Shown: positions 46,526 through 59,497, numbered from the whole stretch's first letter. The stretch: DNA of 63,099 nt, filler included, from Basidiobolus ranarum (GCA_040143965.1; 34 parts of 34 records of this genome joined end to end with filler, not necessarily neighbours in it), one strand, 5' to 3'. Notes: generated by a model not told the origin, from the letters alone. Numbers and translations: made by a program.

Positions 46526-47439
46526 TATTTCACAAGATCCTATATTTACAGAATCATATGAAGTAGAAGCCATAGTTGATCACAATGTTGAAGAACCCAA
46601 CTGCCTTAACCTAATGAAGTGGAAAGGTTACACAGCCAAATACAATACTGGGAGCCTTACAGCCACTTTGATGATATCTCTATCATCAATCAATACAGTA
46701 AGTATAGAGGATTGCCTGCTAAGAATAGTCTTCATCCAGGGAGGGAATGATATTGTGCATCAACATACAAAGTTATTTAACTTAAGCCATACATATATGA
46801 CTTGCTTGAATATCTTCTTAGTTTATCATCATTGCTAACTAGTCACCTGACCTTATCCAGTGACTCAATCATGTGACCTATCACATGACTAACTATCTAT
46901 TCTGCTATCCGTTCTCTAAGATCATATGACCAATCAAATGATCATTATCTAATCAGTATTAACCTCTCAGTCATCTGCATTGACATAAGTTAATATAAGT
47001 CAGAAGATTCATAACCAATGATCTTTCACTGCCAGGACTTCAGCTGATGCATGACTCACTTATCTATCTATCTATCTATCCTATCACATTGTCTTTTATT
47101 GGATTTAGTCATCTAATTTCTTGGCGCTGACTAATTAACTTTGCTATCAAAAAGTAGAAATAAAGTTAATTGAACCTTTTCCTTAACTAATTCAATATTC
47201 CTCCTCATTTCCATCCAAGCCTAGTATTCAGTAGCACCTATGGCACACCAAGCCTAGCTGCCTGGCAAACCTACTCTCTACCATAGCTTAGCAACCCACT
47301 GCTATTGCCAGGACATATATTAGTTAGATCTGCTCTGCTGTTATATCCTGCCTGAATAGTTCTTAAATTCTCCACTTAACTGTTTCCTTGGTTCAGTAAA
47401 GTTCAAGACTTTTTAACCACATTACTCTAGGACACAACA
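46526..47439 (+). mobile_element. Gypsy chromodomain remnant, PPT and complete LTR-E (46751-47439)
   Basis: ESYEVEAIVDH.......LMKWKGYTAKYNT; PPT GGGAGGGAATGA; T(A)TTGTG...CACAACA termini. Confidence 0.82.
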
Positions 47440-48279
47440 TTTCCAAAACTAGGGAAATAAGCCATGAAACATGGCATAAAAGATTAGGCCATGTTGGGGA
47501 ATCAAAATTGACTTAAATAATCCAAAATCAGCTTGTTTCAGGCTTAGAAATTGAAAATATTACTAAATTAGATCTCCAAAGAGTCTGCTTGTTTCTGTTC
47601 TAAACATGAAATTAAGCAAAAAACTACTGTATCATATACTCCACAGCAAAATGGAGTTGGAGAATTTGTTAATAGGACCATAGTGGAGATAGCAAGATGA
47701 TTGTTACAAAATCAAAAGTTAGATTACCAATATTGAGCTGAATCTGGTTCCACTGCAGTCTATTTCAAAAACAGATGCCCAACAAGTTTGCTACAAAGTT
47801 CTACTCCATTGAAAGTGCTACATAGTTCTAAACCAAATGTGGATTATATCAGGTTCCTTAGTTGCACAGCATATTGCCTAATTCCAGCTGACAAATGCTG
47901 TATATTGGAACCAAAAAGCACTCAATGCATATTTCTTGGTCATTGAGATTGCTATAAGGCCTACAGACTGTTACACACCAGAAATCAGGAGTTAATTAAG
48001 TGTAGAGATGTTATTTTTGATGAAAAAGCAAATTTTTCACCTCAAATCACAATTCTTGATTCAGAGAACTAAATCAACACTTATCACAAAGTTTCAGACA
48101 AAGAAACCTGCTCTATTCGAGCCCAATTCAACTGAAATTTTAGCCCCAATTACATGAGACAATGATTCAGGACTTAGAAAATCATCTAGAAGTAGAAATA
48201 AGCCAGGGAACTGGTAGAACACCTCTAATGACAATATACATGCCTATGCGGCATTCTGTGAGGAGCCACAGATTCTAGA
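47440..48279 (+). mobile_element. Copia integrase and post-integrase region, decayed
   Basis: YTPQQNGVGEFVNRTIVEIAR..CIFLG..KAYRL..RDVIFDE; same family as 34600-35286 and 57646-58167. Confidence 0.85.
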
Positions 48280-48379
48280 NNNNNNNNNNNNNNNNNNNNN
48301 NNNNNNNNNNNNNNNNNNNNNNNTTAATTAATTAANNNNNNNNNNNNNNNNNNNNNNNNNNNNNNNNNNNNNNNNNNNN

Positions 48380-48700
48380 TAATGAGAATTTCCGGAAAGT
48401 TCCAGAGAATTCTATTGGTGGGGATCTGGGGTTATGATATCATCATAAATCATGAGATTAGTAATCCATGGAATGTTCCGGAAGATTGTAGAATTTTCCA
48501 GAAAATAATAGGGCTAATGTGGGTTAATACTGATAAATCTGAAGTAATAGGGGATAATACTAATAGTGTGATATGATTGGCTAGAAAATATGGGTAAGTC
48601 AAATAAGGATAATAAAATAGAAATTGTGCAATAGCAATGATATGAGCTTGGAGTGGAAATAAGTCAACCTGCGAGTGTGTAGCAATACTACCCCACTACA
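48380..48700 (-). mobile_element. LTR-D terminus inserted in CACTA transposase
   Basis: Matches 19670-20140 and ends CCCCACTACA. Confidence 0.85.
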
Positions 48701-49590
48701 CCATTGCTTCCCCATCTTAAAGTTTTAATGAAATCACCCAAATATAGATCATTGATCCAATACCAAAGTACTCACCATAAAGCTGATGGTATTACCAATG
48801 TACTTAATGGATATCACTACCAGAATCTGAAAAGTGAAGGTTCCTTTTAGAACATGTATGATTATGCATTTGCATTGGCTCTGGATGGTTTCTCACTAAA
48901 AAAATATACCATTGCAAAGGCTTGCTGGGCAATACTTGTTATTTAACCACATTGTGACACTACTTACTCAACTATATAGTGGAAATTTCAATCATAATGA
49001 GCCATTTGAGTTAGGATCAAAGTTTGAATTGATTGGGAAAATGCTTGAAAATGTCAAGATACCATCATATTTAACCAGGACTCCCATTATATCCACTCAT
49101 CTAGGTGTTTATTCAAATGCAAAGACTGGAAGTAATGGATTTGTATATATTCAAGTGGAATTTCGAAAAGATTTCTGCCTGAGAAGTATTGGCAACATTG
49201 GGAGTTGTTTGTGGATATTGTTGATATATTCTTATAGCATCAACTAACATTGGCAGATATCAGGCAGATACTGGGACTGTGCAAAGATTTTGTATTTGAA
49301 TATGAAAAACTTTATTACAGGTTTAAAGAAGATAGACTGTATCTATGCCACTATTCAATATATTCTCTGTTGCATCTTTCACAATGCTTAGAGATTATAG
49401 GCCCATGCTATACATTCTGGGAGTTCCCAATGGGGCACACCTGTGGTCAAATGATGCTCCGTGTGAAATTATCAGTATTACTGTTTGCTAATTTGATTAA
49501 CAATGTATCAGCAAAATCAGTGATGGATGTAATATGATGGGTTAAGGAGACTCCAGAGTATATTAACCTACCAACAAAGGGCTCTTTGCA
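48701..49590 (+). mobile_element. CACTA transposase, internally deleted and 3'-truncated
   Basis: Jumps from ACW.. (~48930) directly to LFN.I.TLL; YEKLYYRFKEDRL..CHYSI.SLLHLSQCLEIIGPCYTFWEFPM. Confidence 0.85.
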
Positions 49591-50233
49591 GTTAGATCTG
49601 ACGTATTGAGATATCAAATAGCAAGTTGATTACCACAAACCCATAACTAGCCCATGAGGAATAGTGTGCTCTTGCCGGAATGACTCTGACCATGGCCCGT
49701 TTTGACCAATCATAATTGCCAAGACTCTGGGCTCTTACCAAGTGAGCAGCCCGAGATAAGTAGTAGTGGTATTGTAAGGAAAAATGCACTATTACCGAAA
49801 TGATCAACACCCCACCCCATCTTTGACCAATCAAATAGCTAATATTTTGCACTTTTACCAAAAGAGCAGCCTGGCATAAGCGGTAGGTATTCGATGCAAA
49901 GCTCCTTGTTTGCAATGTGAATAATATTTATTGGTCTTTGAATATTTTAATTTTCGAACCTATCTCCCACACCAAAGACTCAACAACAATAGGAACTAAA
50001 TTTGATTTCTAGCTAGCTTACCGAATCATAATTGGCAACGGGGAGAACTTTGGGGATAAAATGAATAAAGATGACACCTAGTCTTTGAGTATTAAAGATA
50101 GCACCTTGTCCGATAAGTTTCAGTCCTTCTGACNNNNNNNNNNNNNNNNNNNNNNNNNNNNNNNNNNNNNNNNNNNNTTAATTAATTAANNNNNNNNNNN
50201 NNNNNNNNNNNNNNNNNNNNNNNNNNNNNNNNN

Positions 50234-50424
50234 TATGTGTGGGATGACATGATTGGTTAGGTTTCATGGATTGTTCCAAAGAACATGACTTCCATATAAG
50301 GTAACCTGGATGAACTAACACAAAAATGCCAAGAAGGGATGGCATAGCTGATACAATGTTATAATCTAATAATAGAAGAGTTCTATTTGCATGGAATTAG
50401 TATGCCATGATTAGAATCATGACA
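50234..50424 (-). mobile_element. LTR-C 5' terminus inserted in CACTA transposase
   Basis: Reverse complement of 35824-36015; ends AGAATCATGACA. Confidence 0.85.
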
Positions 50425-51986
50425 CTCAGCTATATAGTGGAGTATTCAATATGAATGAGCCATTTGAGATAGAATCAAAGTTTGAATTGATTAGGAAATT
50501 GCTTGAAAACATCAAGATACCGTCATATTTCACAAGGAGTCCCATGAATATCCACTCATCTAGCCATTTATTCAAGGGCAAAGACTGGAAGTATTGGATT
50601 TGCATATATTCAAATGGAATCTTGAAAATGTTTTTGCCTTGAAAGTATTGGCAACATTGGGAGTTGTTTGCGTCTATTGTTAATTTATTCTTAAGGCATC
50701 AACTCACATTGGCAGATCTCAGGCAGGTACAGCAACTATGCAAAGATTTTGAAATTGGATATGAAAAACTTATTACAGGTTTAAAGAAGACAGACTGAAT
50801 CTATGCCAGTATTAAATACATTCCCTGCTGCATCCTTGACAATGCCTAGAGATTATAGGCCCTTGCTCTACATTCTGGGAGTTCCCAATGGAATGCACAT
50901 GTGGTGAAATGATGCTCTGTGTGAAATTGTCACTATTACTTGTTGCTAATTTAATTAACAATGTATCAGCAAAATCAGTGATGGATATAATGCAATGGGT
51001 TAAGGAGACTTCAGATTATATTAACCTTCCAGCAAAGAGCTCTTTTCAATGTGCTCACAGGTTTTTGCATTGTTTGAGCAAAACAACAGCAACAAAACCC
51101 AATCCATGGACTCAGCATAGGTACATCTATAATTCAGACTAATTTGTTTATGTGACAATCTGACATTTGAATGGTTATCTAATGGGTTCAGAAGAGTGTA
51201 TATTTTATTAAAGCTAATATCATTGTATGTATTGGTGACACTCCTGCCATCAGTAAACTTGCAGGTTTTTGTGGGCACATTGCACTATCTTGCTGTAGAT
51301 TATGTCAAATCACTGGAGTTTACTCTAACAGGCATATGCATTACTACTATCCAAGTACAACACAAATCTTCAAGATTTTACCATCAAGAGCCCGGTCATA
51401 TTTCAACATGATCACTGATATCAATTCACCAAATAGTCAGTCTAACATCAAACTTGGTATTAGCCATAAGCCTAAGAGTATATTGCTAAAGGGTATCAGC
51501 TGGAGCCAGAGATTCCTATCAGGCACTATGCACTTACTGTTCAACAACATTCCAATACTACTTACTCAGCTATAAAGTGGAAAATTCAATATGAAAGAGC
51601 CATTCAAGAAAGGATCAAAGCTCAAATCAATTGGGAAAATGCTTGAAAACAAGAAGATACCATCATATTTGACCAGGATTCCCATCAATATCCACTCATT
51701 TAGGCATTTATTCAAATGCAAAGACTGGAAGTATTGGATTTGTACATATTCAAGTGGAATTTTGACAAGATATCTGCCTGATAAGTATTGGCAACATTGG
51801 GAGTTATTTGTGGATATTGCCAATATACTATTATGGCTTCCACTTGCATTGGCAGATCTCAGACAGTTAGAGCAACTGTTCAAAGATTTTGTGATTGGAA
51901 ATGAAAAACTTTATTACAGGTTTAAAGCATATAGATTGAATCTATGCCACTATTCAATACATTCCCTGCTGCATCTGTCACAATGC
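50425..51986 (+). mobile_element. Two overlapping CACTA transposase segments in direct orientation (junction ~51165)
   Basis: The FKCKDWKYWIC region occurs twice (~50570 and ~51710), with different substitutions in each. Confidence 0.85.
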
Positions 51987-52086
51987 NNNNNNNNNNNNNN
52001 NNNNNNNNNNNNNNNNNNNNNNNNNNNNNNTTAATTAATTAANNNNNNNNNNNNNNNNNNNNNNNNNNNNNNNNNNNNNNNNNNNN

Positions 52087-52468
52087 AACGTGGCTCACAC
52101 ATTTTATCAACAGCGCTCAGGTTGACCCATAGCTGAAGACCATGACACTTAGTTTGTGGCATCTCTGCGTGCACAATACCGCGGCCAGCAGTCATCCATT
52201 GAAGATCCCCGGGTCCAATTTTACCTTGATGACCTGCGAAATCTTCATGAGCAACTATTCCGTCGAGCATATACGTAACAGTCTCGAAGCCACGATGTGG
52301 GTGATCTGCAAATCCAGCAGGGGGCTCGACTATAAATTCGTCCAGCATTAAGAAAGGGTCAAAATTCTTGAGTGCACTAGTCCCAATGCTCCTTCTAACT
52401 CGTGCCCCGTCTCCTTCGGATTGAGTAATAGCTTTGACTTTTCTTGTAACAAATCTTTTTACTGTCAT
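52087..52468 (-). CDS. Pirin family protein, 5' part
   Basis: EGDGARVRRSIG, FDPFLMLDEF, GFADHPHRGFETVTY, HEDFAGH, GDLQWMTAGRGIVHAEMP, GLQLWVNL. Confidence 0.97.
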
Positions 52469-53022
52469 AATGGATTAATGAATGTATAGAAATTTCCAAA
52501 TTCAAATTGATGATACTTGGCCCATCCAATACGTTTTATACTTTTTCAATCACGGAAAAACCCCCTAATTGAGGCCATTTATCATCTTTCCAATTTTAGA
52601 TAGATTACTCCGGCACCGGATTCTCGGATAAATAAGTATCATTGGCTTATTTTAAATTTGTAGTCCCAAATGTTGATGAGCTCCAGACAACTATTTTATT
52701 AATCACTGCTGTATTTCATGTTCTTTGAATCGTTGTTTAGGTAGGCACTTACTGCATGTGGCTAGTTCGTTTGGAATATGGAAGAGAAGATCGAATCAAC
52801 AACGGTTGGCTTGCAGTTTCGTATATTTATGGGTTCAATAAATAACCTCTGGTAATAGTGAGAAATAACTGCCAACTTCATATCGTATGATTGGTTTCTG
52901 AGAAATAACTGCTAACTTCACAGGGTATGCTTGGTAAGTAAGAAATTGACTCGAAGTGAGTGTTGGAGAATCCACAACACAATATATACTTAGTACCTTA
53001 CCTAAAATGTCAAACATTAAAG

Positions 53023-53066
53023 CAATGAGAGTGGGATTCGAACCCACACCTTCAAAGAGACTGAAC
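53023..53066 (-). pseudogene. Isolated 3' half of a tRNA-Leu-like gene
   Basis: Minus strand GTTCAGTCTCTTTGAAGGTGTGGGTTCGAATCCCACTCTCATTG: long variable arm, perfect T-arm and acceptor strand. No 5' half is visible. Confidence 0.6.
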
Positions 53067-53388
53067 GTATCACCTTGTAATACTGAGTCACGCGAAAATG
53101 CATTAAATAGTTTTTTGCTGAAGTTATTCTCAATAGAAGTGTTAAAAAGCGGTTGAGTATCATACAGTTCTGAATAAGCATCTAACCAATGTAAGAATTA
53201 TAACATATATATATAGTTATTATATAAATATGAAAGAGAATTAAAGACCATCCTTGCCATCGTATGATTTCCAATCACATAAACTCACTATAAACGACGT
53301 AATTTACGGGATGATCACATCAGTAAGCTACTAGAAATTTACTGGCTAGAAAAGGAAATGTAGAAATGGTCACCCGGCAAATATAACA

Positions 53389-53465
53389 AGAATATGCTAG
53401 AATTTTGGAGAATTTTCGGGATCATATTGGCAATTACCACCCTATCAGTTAATTAAACTATAAAA
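53389..53465 (+). promoter_or_regulatory. Heat-shock element (alternating nGAAn array) and TATA box of HSP70
   Basis: AGAAT-ATGCT-AGAAT-TTTGG-AGAAT-TTTCG (53389-53418) and TATAAAA at 53459, upstream of the HSP70 ATG. Confidence 0.75.
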
Positions 53466-53577
53466 TGGGGGATTGACGATCCCAAGAATTCAATTAATTC
53501 ATCTCTTCCTAAAATATACCTGAATACGCTTATATATATATATATATACACTACATATACTATACAGTCTGCAATAA

Positions 53578-53839
53578 ATGTCTAAAGCTGTCGGAATTGA
53601 TTTGGGTACCACTTACTCTTGTGTCGGCGTATGGCAAAATGATCGTGTTGAGATCATTGCCAACGACCAAGGTAATAGAACCACCCCATCCTACGTTGCC
53701 TTTAACGACTCGGAGCGTCTCATCGGTGATGCTGCCAAAAATCAAGTCGCCATGAACCCCACCAACAGTGTCTTCGATGCCAAACGTCTCATCGGCCGCC
53801 GTTTTAACGATTCTGAAGTCCAATCTGATATGAAACACT
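53578..53839 (+). CDS. HSP70: Cytosolic Hsp70 (SSA-type), 5' part
   Basis: [72 protein letters not shown]. Confidence 0.98.
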
Positions 53840-53939
53840 NNNNNNNNNNNNNNNNNNNNNNNNNNNNNNNNNNNNNNNNNNNNTTAATTAATTAANNNNN
53901 NNNNNNNNNNNNNNNNNNNNNNNNNNNNNNNNNNNNNNN

Positions 53940-54548
53940 AATTGGACTAATTTGCTTGCATGATAACCTGACAGTATTTCTAGGAAAGCTACAAGACCAA
54001 CTTCTTGGTGAGATAGATCAAGATATGCAGTATTTTTATTTTAGCAATGGGGTACTCTATTCCAGCAATGACACATCTACTTGTGGCAGGACATTTGTTG
54101 ACTGCAAGTTGGGGATATATTGGCTGAATTATTTACAGAAATTTGCCAAAATCCAAGAGCTTATTCTCATTGTGAATGGTAACAAGAGGCAGCTCTTTGC
54201 CAAGTATCAGTGCTATTCAAAATTTCAGATGTTTAGCAATTTTTCCACCATTAGTTTGCTGGTAAAGTATATTGATGTTGTTGAGTTATGTCTGATCAGT
54301 CAAGTATGTGCATATATAGAAACTAAACAAAACAAGATTCTTGTATTTTTGATTCTCATTATGGCTGGAATACAAAGCCTAAAATATCTAAATAAAGGCA
54401 TGAATATTAATTAAAATTCCTGCAGCAGTAAACCCATTAATTTGTCATTCAAAAATTATATTTTTGCAAAAATTGCCTGATATTGAATAATGCATGCCAA
54501 ATTTGAGGATCAATATTTTAACATGTATGGGTACCATCAACATACCAT
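53940..54548 (+). mobile_element. CACTA transposase C-terminus and 3' region
   Basis: ORF 53956-54414 is homologous to the minus-strand regions at 7750-8220 and 14470-14824. Confidence 0.82.
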
Positions 54549-55150
54549 TGTAGTTTTTTTGGGTGTAAGCAACAACTATAACTGCAATATCCTAAGGGTG
54601 TTCAAAGGGTGTGGTAACCACAGTTGATTAACTCTGGGATATACTGTATTATGTGTCTGTCTCTTGCCTCTTGGGTCTTTGTGCAAGCAATCCAAGCCTC
54701 TAGAAATGTCTAAGGACTGATAAACCATAATGCAATGTCCAGCTTTCTGTTGAATAATATGCTGGTGCCTGACAAAGGAATACACTGGCTTCAAAGTCCT
54801 ATGAGAATGATCAGATAAAAAAAGTATATCCAATCAAAAGCAACTGTAAACTCAGCCAGCAGGGTCTTGAACAAGGATGCACTAGTAGTGATTTATCCAA
54901 GGATATGAAAAGTCCCTTGCCTATGCAGACAAAGCTAGGAAAAAATATAAAGTATAAGAAAAATAACACCTATCTGTCAGTGCTTCCTTTGAGCCAGTCA
55001 AGTCCTTTCTAGTCACACAGTAGCCTGTAACTGCCTCTAGTAGTCTCTCTTGAGCTTTCTCTTCAAAGGTCTTGTAAGCAGTGATGAAAATAAAGGATGA
55101 TCACAAGTAGTGATTGTTAGTTGAAAACCGTGATGATATTTATTTGACAA
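54549..55150 (-). mobile_element. LTR-D fragment
   Basis: Starts TGTAGTT; aligns with 19012-19630. Confidence 0.82.
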
Positions 55151-55454
55151 GATATGTCCTCTATTTATAAGACTTGTTCTATTTTATTGAGCCAGATCAC
55201 GGCAGCTAAAAAGTGTGCCAGCACAAATTGGCATGATTGGGCACCATCTGGCACAATGTTATCTACCCTTTTTGAAACAGTTTATTTTACTTATGTGGTA
55301 TGTTTAAGAAAAGTACTTTTAGACATTATTGCACATTCAAAAGATGTTGAAAGCTTTATTCATAGTGTCTCAAGTCTAGAGCTCTCAATGGATATCTTTG
55401 AGTATGAATGTATTGAGAGTTAATCAAGATTTTGACTACTTTGCCTAACTTTGA

Positions 55455-55692
55455 TTAAGGCCCACCAAATGATTTTCCACTATACTTTCCTGCTACAATG
55501 CTATATCTCTTTAGGAAATCAAAGCTATGTTCTACTCTTGCTCTAAAATGGGAAAAAATGTCATTATAAAGCTTTTGCCTCTCTGTGAGTATCCCTCCTC
55601 TGGGCCTCTTGTTAGCAGTGACACATCCTAGCCTTCTGCATTCTTCCCCAACATATGCCAAATCAGCCATAGTCTTCTCATATCTTACAAAT
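55455..55692 (-). mobile_element. PIF/Harbinger (IS5-like, DDE_Tnp_4) transposase C-terminal fragment
   Basis: ADLAYVG...KRPRGG.LTERQKLYN..FS..RARVEHSF..LKRY resembles D.(G/A)Y...LT..Q..YN....R..VE..FG.LK. Confidence 0.75.
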
Positions 55693-55792
55693 NNNNNNNN
55701 NNNNNNNNNNNNNNNNNNNNNNNNNNNNNNNNNNNNTTAATTAATTAANNNNNNNNNNNNNNNNNNNNNNNNNNNNNNNNNNNNNNNNNNNN

Positions 55793-56360
55793 AAATTAGC
55801 ATTGCCTAAACACCTATATAGTCATATATAGCTTAGTACTTAGTTATCTTATAATTCACTAAGATATTATCAATTATTCTCAATCGGAATTTACTTAGAA
55901 TATTTTTACCAAATTAGAAGTTCTCAGATATATAGATTTTTCAAACTTGTGCTAGAAGCCCCAAACTTTGCACACATGTTCCTGGGACCTTCCTTAACAT
56001 ATTTTACATGTTAGTTTGCTTACATCTTGACAAAACTATAAATGTCAACTTTCTACTCAATAAATCAATAAGTGAAAACCACCAATTCCTCTAATTTGCC
56101 AAACCACTTCCAACAGCCTCCCAAATACTTTAAGAGCACCCTCTGTAATGTCTACTTCACAAATTTATAGAACTTTCCCTCTTTTGAAAATATGGATGAA
56201 ACCATTTATCAAGTTGGAAAATTAAAATGAAAATGATGCTACAAGAAGAAGGACCTTAAGACACTGTGGTAGGAGAAGAAAACAATGCAAAACTATCTAA
56301 AACCAAAAGTATTACTCCAGGTTAAAAAAGAACTAAGTGCCTTTAACACAATTTGTCTTA
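55793..56360 (+). mobile_element. Copia 5' LTR-B (55793-~56133) and gag start
   Basis: LTR-B match, then SSWKIKMKMMLQEEG..DTVVGEE (Copia gag N-terminal pattern); cut by a CACTA TIR at 56361. Confidence 0.8.
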
Positions 56361-57283
56361 CCCTAACAAAAATATAATTGATTTGATCTGGGTCAGATCT
56401 ACCCTTCTAAATTGCAAAACCATCAGAAAACCATCACAATATCAATGACTTGCATTCTGCCAGGGATTTAGATGGTGTGATGGTGGTTTCTTGACAGTCT
56501 TTTGACAGTATTCATACATGTTAAAATATCAATCCTCATATTTGGCATGTGTTAGTATTTTGGGCAATTTTTAGAAAAATATAATTTCTGAATGACAAAT
56601 TACTGGGTTTACTACTGTAGGAATTTGAATTAATAAGCCTGCCTTTATTTAGATATTTTAGGCTTTGTATTCCAGCCATAATGAGAATAAAGAAATACAA
56701 GAATCTTGTTATGTTTAGTCTCTACATGTGCACATACTTGACTGATCAGGCACAACTCAAAACACCAATATGCTTTACCAGCAAACTAATAATGGAAAAA
56801 TTGCTAAACTTCTGAAATTTTGAATAGCACTGACACTCGACAAATAGCTGACTCTTGTTACTGTTCACAATGACAATAAGCTCTTTGATTTTGGCAAATT
56901 TCTATAAAGAAGGTAGCCAAAATATCACCAACTTGCAGACTACAAATGTCCTGCCACAAGTAGATGTGTTGTTGCTCGAATAGATTACCTCATGCCTAAA
57001 ACAATAATGCTGCATATCTCAATCTATCTCACCAAGAAGTCTGTCTTGCAGCTTTCCCAGAAATACCATCAGATTCTTAGTCCCAATTATAGAGGTATTT
57101 ACTTTGTGTCCATGGATTGGGCTTTGTTGCTGTTATTGTGCTCAACCAATGCAAAAACCTGTGAGCACATTGAAAAGAGCCCTGGGTTGGAAGGTTAATA
57201 TACTGTGGAGTCTCCATAACCCATCTCAATACATCCATCACTAGTTTTGCTGATGCATTGTTAATCAGATTAGCATATGGTAA
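56361..57283 (-). mobile_element. CACTA right end and transposase C-terminus
   Basis: CCCTAACAAAAAT at 56361; colinear with 7492-8430. Confidence 0.87.
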
Positions 57284-57545
57284 TTATTGCAAAAATATGG
57301 GCTGTTTGGAGGAACTTTAGAAAAGTGGAGTTGTGAATAGCTTTGTGAGATATAATTATTTATTGTACAGAAATAAATCATATATAGATTTTGGAGGAAA
57401 TACAGAAAACTAACACTGGGATTGTGTTCAAAAAATCTGTGAGAGTAAAATGAGCTATTTTTGGGGCAATTTGGATGAGTTTCAAATTTCCGTATGGAAT
57501 AGCTAATTCTCCCATTATTCACATATGTATAAAGTATATGTTCCA
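57284..57545 (-). mobile_element. Copia LTR-A 3' part
   Basis: 57350-57545 is the reverse complement of 3445-3633. Confidence 0.72.
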
Positions 57546-57645
57546 NNNNNNNNNNNNNNNNNNNNNNNNNNNNNNNNNNNNNNNNNNNNTTAATTAATTA
57601 ANNNNNNNNNNNNNNNNNNNNNNNNNNNNNNNNNNNNNNNNNNNN

Positions 57646-58167
57646 TATTCTACTACATTTGAAGCCCTATATGGATCAAAACCAAGTGTGTAACATCTCA
57701 GCTTCTTTGGTGGCACAGCATATTGCCTAATTCAAGCTCAAAAATGCTCAAAATTGGAACCCAAAAGCAGAAAATGCATATTTCTTGGTTACTTTGATGG
57801 ATCCAAGGCCTACAGACTATTTGATACCAAAATAGAAGTCAATCAAGTGCAGAGATGTGATTTTTGATGAAAAAGCAAATTTTCCCCCTCAAATCACAGT
57901 TCTTGATCCAGAAAACACAATCAGCACTCTTCAGGAAGTCTCCGACAAAATTCCAGCTGTATCTGAGCCCTATGCAACCAAAATATAGTCCCAATTACAT
58001 TGAAGGATGATTCAGGACCCAGAAGATTGTCCAGAAGGAGAAATAAGCCAGGAAACTGGTGGAACATTTCCAATGACAATGAATATGCTTATGCAGCATT
58101 CTGTGATGAGCCAGACTCTAGTTCAAGCTCTGGAATGTCCAGTTTCAAAGCTATGGGAAAAAGTAAT
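57646..58167 (+). mobile_element. Copia post-integrase region
   Basis: SKLEPKSRKCIFLGY..GSKAYRLFD..RDVIFDE; reverse complement of 34640-35150. Confidence 0.85.
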
Positions 58168-59397
58168 GTCTGTGTTGAATAGTAAGTGCATAGTGCCTAA
58201 TGGGAAGCTTTGTCTCCAGCTGATCCCCTGTAGCAATATAAATGTAGGCTTACTGCCATTACCAAGTTTAATATTAGACTAACTATTTGGTGAATTGATA
58301 TCAGTGATTATGTTGAAATCTGACAAGGCTCTTGATGGTAAAATCATGGAATTTAGTATTGTATTTGGATAGGAGTAATGTGTATGCTTGATAGAGTAAA
58401 CTACATTGATTTGACAGAATCTACAGCAAGATAGTGCATTGTGCCCATGAAAACCTCCAAGTTTGCTGATGGCAGGAGTGTCAGCAATACATACAATGAT
58501 GTTAGCTTTAATATAATATTCACCCATCTGAACCTAATTAGATACACATTAAAATTCCACAATCAAAGGCTCCAAGAAGCTATCTATAAGCACTGGTGAT
58601 TTAGTTCCAGGTGTGTTGGATAGTATCACAACATTATGACTCTTATACTATTCAGAAGGAGAAAGATTCAAGTTAATTAAGTATATTGGCCAGCAAGCCT
58701 TTCCAATGCTATATTTGTTTCGTGAGAAACCATCCCGAGCCAATGCAAATGCATGACCATACATGTTCAGAAAAAAACCTTGACTTTTTAGATTCTGGAA
58801 GTGATATCCATCAAAAATGTTGGTCATACCTTCAGCTTTACAGAGAGTACCTTGATATTGGAACAATGATATATATTAGGGTGAATTCATCAAAACTTGA
58901 AGACAGGGAATCAATGGCATGTAAGCCAATCATGAACAATATTTACCTGATACAGTGATTGCCAATTGTGTGCAAACAGTACATGACTTCAGATTTTGCA
59001 GATCACTGGTGAAAGCCAAACAATCATTTGACATGAAGGTAGATTAATTTTGAAGGATTATAAGTCATATGGTTGATAAGTGTTTGCCACTTGTACTAGC
59101 TCTGTGGCAAGCAACAGTTGCCAATCAACTGAGGTAAAAGTGTAAGAAAACCAATAAACACCAGGTTGCAAAGATTGGATTGCACTCTCCACTCCTCAAT
59201 AAGCAAAGCTGCTTCCTTTACTGCAAGTGTTATGAGTGGACTGATACTTGCCAATAACAAAGAGTCTGTAACAAAACCATTGTCTCCTTCTTCAACCTCT
59301 GATATACTACCATTGGTACTTGAACAACCAAGGTCAACATCTAGCAGCAAGTCCTCAAAGGTGCTTGGACTTACTGGTTTGACTAAAGTTGCATTTT
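58168..59397 (-). mobile_element. CACTA transposase 5' half
   Basis: FDGYHFQNLKS.GFF..ALARDGFS.NKY..ACWPI; IADTPAISKLGGFHGHNALSCCRFC. Confidence 0.88.
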
Positions 59398-59497
59398 NNN
59401 NNNNNNNNNNNNNNNNNNNNNNNNNNNNNNNNNNNNNNNNNTTAATTAATTAANNNNNNNNNNNNNNNNNNNNNNNNNNNNNNNNNNNNNNNNNNNN

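Noticed and set aside
49592-49915. 107-aa ORF in unique sequence
   Set aside because: No recognisable motif and a non-ATG start; the region looks promoter-like (two TTTGACCAATCA CCAAT boxes).
52860-53066. Permuted or split tRNA-Leu
   Set aside because: No 5' half (D-arm/A-box) found on either side within the contig.
52956-53156. 66-aa ORF containing RVGFEPT
   Set aside because: Translation of the antisense tRNA T-arm; spurious.
53560-53838. Minus-strand ORF opposite HSP70
   Set aside because: Well-known antisense shadow frame of Hsp70 genes.
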